Of a stretch of 64,000 nt of DNA, positions 57,877-64,000 are shown piece after piece (position 1 is the stretch's first letter; every line of letters starts with the position of its first letter). Origin of the DNA: a plasmid. The notes beneath the pieces were generated by a model, which saw only the letters and a list, made by a program, of their open reading frames with translations, had not been told where the DNA came from and searched no databases. The DNA is taken from sequence record NZ_CP102839.1; one strand, given 5' to 3'. The position numbers were made by a program, and so were the translations under genes.

Positions 57877-57914
57877 GGGGGAACCGCAGAATTCGGAAAA
57901 AATCGTACGCTAAG
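57877..57914 (+). repeat. Tn1721/Tn501-group 38-bp terminal inverted repeat
   Basis: GGGGgAACCGCAGAATTCGGAAAAAATCGTACGCTAAG is near-identical to the Tn1721 IR (GGGGAGCCCGCAGAATTCGGAAAAAATCGTACGCTAAG, from memory). Confidence 0.6.
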
Positions 57915-58065
57915 CTAACGGTGTTCTCGTGACAGCTCTTTGACTAGGCTTTCTAAGGCCATTCTGATAGCCCTGACTTCCTGAAAAGCCATGGCTAAAA
58001 TTTGTGCGGCTAAAAGGGATAACCGATGGTAAAGTAAGTTATCCCTGTCGAGATACTGAAAAGCG

Positions 58066-59583
58066 TTATCCTCGTTTTTCCCAAAACTGTTTTGCCAGTT
58101 CGCTCAGAGCGCTAGTTAACTGAGCGACAGATTTCGCACTTTGCAAATTATTCTGCCCGGTCTGTACATTGGTATCAGCAGCATCGCGTATATTGATAAT
58201 ACTGCGGTTTATGTCTTCACTTACTGCTCCCTGCTGCTCGACCGCAGTCGCTATTTGCGCGTTCATGTCGGTAATTTCGTTAACGCGTTGGCCAATTCCA
58301 TCAAGAGCTGTAGCTGCTTCCTCTGCGTGAGCTACACTCGTGTGCGCTTGCCGACTACTTTGCTCCATGACTGTAACAGCGGATTGCGCTCGCTCTTGTA
58401 GAGCGCTGATCATGCTTTGAATATCCGTTGTCGATTGCTGTGTGCGAGCAGCAAGACTGCGAACCTCATCGGCGACAACAGCAAAACCACGCCCCTGCTC
58501 ACCAGCACGCGCGGCCTCAATTGCTGCGTTGAGTGCCAACAAATTCGTTTGCTCGGCGATCCCTCGTATAACGTCAAGAACTTTTGATATCTCGTTACTT
58601 TGACCTTCAAGCTCATGAATAACCTGAGTGGCTTGCCTAATTTCACCTTCAAGGGCAGTGATTGACTGGCTTGTGTGGGCTACCAGACGCTGGCCAGATG
58701 CCGTCTCAGTGTCTGCTCTTCCGGCCGCATCTGCAGCATGCTGTGCATTGCTCGCAACCTCTTGAATGCTTGCCACCATTTGGTTTACTGCCGTTGCTAT
58801 TTGATCTGTCTCTGCCTGCTGCTCAACTGTAAGTACATTGCTTGACTCAATATCCTTTAGTAGGCCTCGGGTGTGTTCGCTAAGCCGATTTGATGCATCA
58901 CCTATGCGACCTACTATGGCGCCTGTTTCAGCTTGCATCATTCGTAAAGCAAACTCTATTTGGCCAAACTCATCGGTGCGCCCAGTGTAGAGGGATTGAC
59001 TTAATGGGTTATTGGAAATATTCCTGGCTCTTTCAACCAGTCTTCCAAGAGGAGAGAGAATAGCCAAAACACTAACAGAGCTTAAGCTTCCTGACATTAA
59101 AGTGGCTAACAATAAGCTGCTTATTGATGTATCAGTAAGCATGCCGGCAGCCATTGCGCTTGATATAATACTACCCCATATGAGCAAGAGTATTTTCACG
59201 GAAAAGCTAGCAGCCAATTTCGGCCTCGCGGCCTTCCCGCTTCTCAATTGAGCATATAATTTTTCCGCAGCCAAAACCTGCTCAGGTTCAGGCTTGGTCC
59301 TTACAGACTGGTATTCAACAATCGAACCATTCTTAGCTATTGGCGTTACATAAGCACTTACCCAATAGTGGTCGCCATTTTTACAGCGATTTTTTACTAG
59401 CCCCATCCATGAGCGGCCAGATTTTAATGTACTCCACATATGCTCAAATGCAGCAGGCGGCATATCTGGGTGTCTTACGATGTTGTGAGGCTGGCCTAAT
59501 AGTTCTTCCTCAGTGAAACCACTGATTTTAATGAAGTCAGGATTAACGTACGTGATATGGCTTTGAGGGGAGGTAGTCGAAAG
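58066..59583 (-). pseudogene. methyl-accepting chemotaxis protein remnant (PAS + HAMP + MCP signalling domain), Tn1721 orfI/mcp-like, 5'-truncated by IS26
   Basis: The MCP highly conserved domain ...[35 protein letters not shown]... and a PAS-like N-terminal region. The 702-aa ORF in the track is an artefactual fusion with the antisense ORF inside IS26. Confidence 0.7.
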
Positions 59584-60403
59584 GGCACTGTTGCAAATAG
59601 TCGGTGGTGATAAACTTATCATCCCCTTTTGCTGATGGAGCTGCACATGAACCCATTCAAAGGCCGGCATTTTCAGCGTGACATCATTCTGTGGGCCGTA
59701 CGCTGGTACTGCAAATACGGCATCAGTTACCGTGAGCTGCAGGAGATGCTGGCTGAACGCGGAGTGAATGTCGATCACTCCACGATTTACCGCTGGGTTC
59801 AGCGTTATGCGCCTGAAATGGAAAAACGGCTGCGCTGGTACTGGCGTAACCCTTCCGATCTTTGCCCGTGGCACATGGATGAAACCTACGTGAAGGTCAA
59901 TGGCCGCTGGGCGTATCTGTACCGGGCCGTCGACAGCCGGGGCCGCACTGTCGATTTTTATCTCTCCTCCCGTCGTAACAGCAAAGCTGCATACCGGTTT
60001 CTGGGTAAAATCCTCAACAACGTGAAGAAGTGGCAGATCCCGCGATTCATCAACACGGATAAAGCGCCCGCCTATGGTCGCGCGCTTGCTCTGCTCAAAC
60101 GCGAAGGCCGGTGCCCGTCTGACGTTGAACACCGACAGATTAAGTACCGGAACAACGTGATTGAATGCGATCATGGCAAACTGAAACGGATAATCGGCGC
60201 CACGCTGGGATTTAAATCCATGAAGACGGCTTACGCCACCATCAAAGGTATTGAGGTGATGCGTGCACTACGCAAAGGCCAGGCCTCAGCATTTTATTAT
60301 GGTGATCCCCTGGGCGAAATGCGCCTGGTAAGCAGAGTTTTTGAAATGTAAGGCCTTTGAATAAGACAAAAGGCTGCCTCATCGCTAACTTTGCAACAGT
60401 GCC
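59584..60403 (+). mobile_element. IS26 (IS6 family), copy 1
   Basis: 820 bp bounded by the 14-bp IRs GGCACTGTTGCAAA and TTTGCAACAGTGCC. It is identical in sequence to copy 2. Confidence 0.95.
59629..60351 (+). CDS. tnpA: IS26 transposase Tnp26
   Basis: [54 protein letters not shown]... (240 aa including the leader as called). Confidence 0.95.
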   Translation: MLMELHMNPFKGRHFQRDIILWAVRWYCKYGISYRELQEMLAERGVNVDHSTIYRWVQRYAPEMEKRLRWYWRNPSDLCPWHMDETYVKVNGRWAYLYRAVDSRGRTVDFYLSSRRNSKAAYRFLGKILNNVKKWQIPRFINTDKAPAYGRALALLKREGRCPSDVEHRQIKYRNNVIECDHGKLKRIIGATLGFKSMKTAYATIKGIEVMRALRKGQASAFYYGDPLGEMRLVSRVFEM

Positions 60404-60909
60404 CCAACTGTCATTTCAGGATCAGCAAGTAAGATTCTAATTTGTTTAACATCTTCTTCAGAAAGTGACGGTTTTCTCCCTCCCACACGGCCCCTTGCGC
60501 GTGCAGCTGCAAGGCCTGAGCGCGTTCTTTCAATATTGCGGTTGCGTTCAAAGCTAGAGAATATCGCCATCAGATGAGTATAGATTTCCCCTATAACTGG
60601 CGCATTTGTGTCTATTCTGTCCTTGATGGCTATGAAAGTTATTCCGCGTTTCTTCAGGTCGTCGAGTAAAGTAATGACTTGACCCAATGAACCGCCGAGC
60701 CGATCTAGTGCCCAAACTACTAGGGTATCTCCCTCGCGCAATGCTTTCAGGCAGTTCTCCAGTTCCGGCGCACCTTTTTTGTCGCGCTTTGGGCCGCTAC
60801 GTGAGGTCTGATCCTGATAGATTTGCTCACATCCAGCTTTTGTTAGTTCGTCAACCTGGTGCGCCACATCCTGAAGATGCGTAGATTTACGTGCATAGCC
60901 GATTTTCAT
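60385..60909 (-). CDS. serine resolvase, 3'-truncated by IS26 (the last codons and the stop are IS26-derived)
   Basis: MKIGYARKSTHLQDVAHQVDE...GDTLVVWALDRLGGS... is a serine recombinase catalytic domain. The C-terminal HTH is cut at the IS26 IR. Confidence 0.65.
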   Translation of the reverse strand: MKIGYARKSTHLQDVAHQVDELTKAGCEQIYQDQTSRSGPKRDKKGAPELENCLKALREGDTLVVWALDRLGGSLGQVITLLDDLKKRGITFIAIKDRIDTNAPVIGEIYTHLMAIFSSFERNRNIERTRSGLAAARARGRVGGRKPSLSEEDVKQIRILLADPEMTVGALLQS

Positions 60910-61099
60910 TCTTTTCTCGCTAATTAGTTATGGGGTTATTGTTATGTTGATACAGTAACGAGTTTTGTTACATGAGGGGAGTCATTTTTCGGGAGAAGTC
61001 AGGACTTTTCAAGACTGTCACAAAAACCATCGTTTTTGATACATTAATTTAACCAATAGGTTGCAGATCAAATCGCCTGTAACAGCCTTTCTGGCTGTT

Positions 61100-61124
61100 T
61101 GTCGTTTTCAGAAGACGGCTGCAC
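61100..61124 (+). repeat. class 1 integron IRi (25-bp inverted repeat)
   Basis: TGTCGTTTTCAGAAGACGGCTGCAC at the intI1-distal end of the 5'-CS. Confidence 0.6.
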
Positions 61125-61301
61125 TGAACGTCAGAAGCCGACTGCACTATAGCAGCGGAGGGGTTGGATCCATCAGGCAACGACGGGCTGCTGCCGGCCA
61201 TCAGCGGACGCAGGGAGGACTTTCCGCAACCGGCCGTTCGATGCGGCACCGATGGCCTTCGCGCAGGGGTAGTGAATCCGCCAGGATTGACTTGCGCTGC
61301 C

Positions 61302-62315
61302 CTACCTCTCACTAGTGAGGGGCGGCAGCGCATCAAGCGGTGAGCGCACTCCGGCACCGCCAACTTTCAGCACATGCGTGTAAATCATCGTCGTAGAGAC
61401 GTCGGAATGGCCGAGCAGATCCTGCACGGTTCGAATGTCGTAACCGCTGCGGAGCAAGGCCGTCGCGAACGAGTGGCGGAGGGTGTGCGGTGTGGCGGGC
61501 TTCGTGATGCCTGCTTGTTCTACGGCACGTTTGAAGGCGCGCTGAAAGGTCTGGTCATACATGTGATGGCGACGCACGACACCGCTCCGTGGATCGGTCG
61601 AATGCGTGTGCTGCGCAAAAACCCAGAACCACGGCCAGGAATGCCCGGCGCGCGGATACTTCCGCTCAAGGGCGTCGGGAAGCGCAACGCCGCTGCGGCC
61701 CTCGGCCTGGTCCTTCAGCCACCATGCCCGTGCACGCGACAGCTGCTCGCGCAGGCTGGGTGCCAAGCTCTCGGGTAACATCAAGGCCCGATCCTTGGAG
61801 CCCTTGCCCTCCCGCACGATGATCGTGCCGTGATCGAAATCCAGATCCTTGACCCGCAGTTGCAAACCCTCACTGATCCGCATGCCCGTTCCATACAGAA
61901 GCTGGGCGAACAAACGATGCTCGCCTTCCAGAAAACCGAGGATGCGAACCACTTCATCCGGGGTCAGCACCACCGGCAAGCGCCGCGACGGCCGAGGTCT
62001 TCCGATCTCCTGAAGCCAGGGCAGATCCGTGCACAGCACCTTGCCGTAGAAGAACAGCAAGGCCGCCAATGCCTGACGATGCGTGGAGACCGAAACCTTG
62101 CGCTCGTTCGCCAGCCAGGACAGAAATGCCTCGACTTCGCTGCTGCCCAAGGTTGCCGGGTGACGCACACCGTGGAAACGGATGAAGGCACGAACCCAGT
62201 GGACATAAGCCTGTTCGGTTCGTAAACTGTAATGCAAGTAGCGTATGCGCTCACGCAACTGGTCCAGAACCTTGACCGAACGCAGCGGTGGTAACGGCGC
62301 AGTGGCGGTTTTCAT
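61302..62315 (-). CDS. intI1: class 1 integron integrase IntI1
   Basis: 337-aa [53 protein letters not shown]... is the canonical IntI1. Confidence 0.95.
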
Positions 62316-62461
62316 GGCTTGTTATGACTGTTTTTTTGTACAGTCTATGCCTCGGGCATCCAAGCAGCAAGCGCGTTACGCCGTGGGTCGATGTTTGATG
62401 TTATGGAGCAGCAACGATGTTACGCAGCAGGGCAGTCGCCCTAAAACAAAGTTAACCCAGG
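62316..62461 (+). promoter_or_regulatory. attI1 / cassette-expression region of the 5'-CS
   Basis: Sequence between the intI1 start and the first cassette. The Pc promoter lies within the intI1 5' end. Confidence 0.45.
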
Positions 62462-62944
62462 ATGAGAACCTTGAAAGTATCATTGATGGCTGCGAAAGCG
62501 AAAAACGGCGTGATTGGTTGCGGTCCAGACATACCCTGGTCCGCGAAAGGGGAGCAGCTACTTTTTAAAGCATTGACCTACAATCAGTGGCTTCTGGTGG
62601 GTCGCAAGACGTTTGAATCTATGGGCGCACTCCCCAATAGGAAATACGCGGTCGTTACCCGCTCAGGTTGGACATCAAATGATGACAATGTAGTTGTATT
62701 TCAGTCAATCGAAGAGGCCATGGACAGGCTAGCTGAATTCACCGGTCACGTTATAGTGTCTGGTGGCGGAGAAATTTACCGAGAAACATTACCCATGGCC
62801 TCTACGCTCCACTTATCGACGATCGACATCGAGCCAGAGGGGGATGTTTTCTTCCCGAGTATTCCAAATACCTTCGAAGTTGTTTTTGAGCAACACTTTA
62901 CTTCAAACATTAACTATTGCTATCAAATTTGGAAAAAGGGTTAA
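62462..62944 (+). CDS. dfrA14: trimethoprim-resistant dihydrofolate reductase cassette (dfrA5/dfrA14 group)
   Basis: ...[64 protein letters not shown]...[12 protein letters not shown] likely TTG start at 62471 would give 157 aa. Choosing between dfrA5 and dfrA14 requires a database comparison. Confidence 0.85.
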   Translation: MRTLKVSLMAAKAKNGVIGCGPDIPWSAKGEQLLFKALTYNQWLLVGRKTFESMGALPNRKYAVVTRSGWTSNDDNVVVFQSIEEAMDRLAEFTGHVIVSGGGEIYRETLPMASTLHLSTIDIEPEGDVFFPSIPNTFEVVFEQHFTSNINYCYQIWKKG

Positions 62945-63034
62945 CAAAGCTATGCAATCGACGGCAAAAAGCTTCGTTCGCTTCGCGCACTACGCCTTTT
63001 CCGCGATTGATAGCGACGTTATGTGAATATTGAA
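62945..63034 (+). other. probable attC (59-be) of the dfrA cassette
   Basis: Begins GTTAACAAAGC immediately after the stop codon. It is imperfectly palindromic, and the distal end is not confidently placed. Confidence 0.35.
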
Positions 63035-63127
63035 ATGAGCATTCCAAAGAAAGGAAGTAGAAAAATTATCGTGGGCGAAAATGAGTTTTTGTGGCTCATT
63101 AGGTCAAAACTCACATATTCGCAGGAC
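63035..63127 (+). pseudogene. 5' fragment of an ORF (MSIPKKGSRKIIVGENEFLWLIRSKL...) cut by IS26
   Basis: The reading frame runs into the IS26 left IR at 63128. It may correspond to the mobC-like remnant seen in dfrA14-IS26 contexts, which I cannot confirm. Confidence 0.3.
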
Positions 63128-63947
63128 GGCACTGTTGCAAATAGTCGGTGGTGATAAACTTATCATCCCCTTTTGCTGATGGAGCTGCACATGAACCCAT
63201 TCAAAGGCCGGCATTTTCAGCGTGACATCATTCTGTGGGCCGTACGCTGGTACTGCAAATACGGCATCAGTTACCGTGAGCTGCAGGAGATGCTGGCTGA
63301 ACGCGGAGTGAATGTCGATCACTCCACGATTTACCGCTGGGTTCAGCGTTATGCGCCTGAAATGGAAAAACGGCTGCGCTGGTACTGGCGTAACCCTTCC
63401 GATCTTTGCCCGTGGCACATGGATGAAACCTACGTGAAGGTCAATGGCCGCTGGGCGTATCTGTACCGGGCCGTCGACAGCCGGGGCCGCACTGTCGATT
63501 TTTATCTCTCCTCCCGTCGTAACAGCAAAGCTGCATACCGGTTTCTGGGTAAAATCCTCAACAACGTGAAGAAGTGGCAGATCCCGCGATTCATCAACAC
63601 GGATAAAGCGCCCGCCTATGGTCGCGCGCTTGCTCTGCTCAAACGCGAAGGCCGGTGCCCGTCTGACGTTGAACACCGACAGATTAAGTACCGGAACAAC
63701 GTGATTGAATGCGATCATGGCAAACTGAAACGGATAATCGGCGCCACGCTGGGATTTAAATCCATGAAGACGGCTTACGCCACCATCAAAGGTATTGAGG
63801 TGATGCGTGCACTACGCAAAGGCCAGGCCTCAGCATTTTATTATGGTGATCCCCTGGGCGAAATGCGCCTGGTAAGCAGAGTTTTTGAAATGTAAGGCCT
63901 TTGAATAAGACAAAAGGCTGCCTCATCGCTAACTTTGCAACAGTGCC
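63128..63947 (+). mobile_element. IS26, copy 2 (direct orientation relative to copy 1)
   Basis: Same 14-bp IRs and an identical internal sequence. Confidence 0.95.
63173..63895 (+). CDS. tnpA: IS26 transposase Tnp26
   Basis: Protein identical to the copy at 59629-60351. Confidence 0.95.
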   Translation: MLMELHMNPFKGRHFQRDIILWAVRWYCKYGISYRELQEMLAERGVNVDHSTIYRWVQRYAPEMEKRLRWYWRNPSDLCPWHMDETYVKVNGRWAYLYRAVDSRGRTVDFYLSSRRNSKAAYRFLGKILNNVKKWQIPRFINTDKAPAYGRALALLKREGRCPSDVEHRQIKYRNNVIECDHGKLKRIIGATLGFKSMKTAYATIKGIEVMRALRKGQASAFYYGDPLGEMRLVSRVFEM

Positions 63948-64000
63948 AGCTGCGGGCCGCTCCCGCCGCGAAGGACGTGCTCGACGCCATCGAGGTGCTG

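Noticed and set aside
63104-63718. 204-aa minus-strand ORF inside IS26 copy 2. The same sequence forms the N-terminal 200 aa of the 702-aa track ORF 58066-60174.
   Set aside because: It is antisense to the IS26 transposase and is a well-known spurious ORF of IS26. The 702-aa ORF is an artefactual read-through from the truncated MCP gene into IS26.

Overview
This 64-kb window is a mosaic segment of a large enterobacterial conjugative/resistance plasmid, about 55-58% GC with one roughly 5-kb island near 30% GC. From left to right:

- **Accessory block (1-9.2 kb):** a partial serine recombinase, a pRiA4b-ORF3-like gene, the C-terminal half of umuC, a higBA toxin-antitoxin pair, an unusual FitA-like-RHH+HTH fusion gene with a small partner, a tyrosine recombinase and a ParM/ParR partition system.
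- **Leading region (9.3-17.2 kb):** a one-directional array of at least 15 small ORFs. Most sit behind a repeated roughly 90-bp promoter/leader cassette (TTGATT-18-TATAAT, then two leader hairpins, then the conserved block GTAGCGCCCCGACTGGCGCAGGAG feeding the start codon). The array contains an ArdB/KlcA antirestriction homologue and a RadC-like JAB protein.
- **Transfer origin:** the array abuts a putative oriT and R64-like nikA/nikB relaxosome genes, so the array is the first DNA to enter a recipient.
- **AT-rich island (20.5-25.4 kb):** encodes a hybrid sensor kinase, a periplasmic protein, a GT9 glycosyltransferase and an HTH-REC response regulator.
- **Type IVB secretion block (25.5-51.2 kb):** an I-type Dot/Icm-like system (traH/I/J/K, sog-like primase with a PEA-repeat linker, traL-Y, excA, trbABC), with a C8-tract frameshift in the dotG/traO homologue.
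- **Replication and mutagenesis genes (51.2-57.9 kb):** nuc, a RepA with a downstream AT-rich palindromic origin, a hypothetical gene, a group II intron inserted one nucleotide downstream of a LexA box in front of umuD, and the N-terminal half of umuC ending at a Tn1721-like 38-bp inverted repeat.
- **Resistance region (57.9-64.0 kb):** an MCP remnant, IS26, a truncated resolvase, a class 1 integron (IRi-intI1-dfrA14-like cassette) and a second direct copy of IS26.

The most likely candidate for an undescribed system is the promoter-cassette-driven leading-region island of unknown small proteins. Secondary candidates are the AT-rich two-component/glycosyltransferase island and the RHH-HTH fusion operon.
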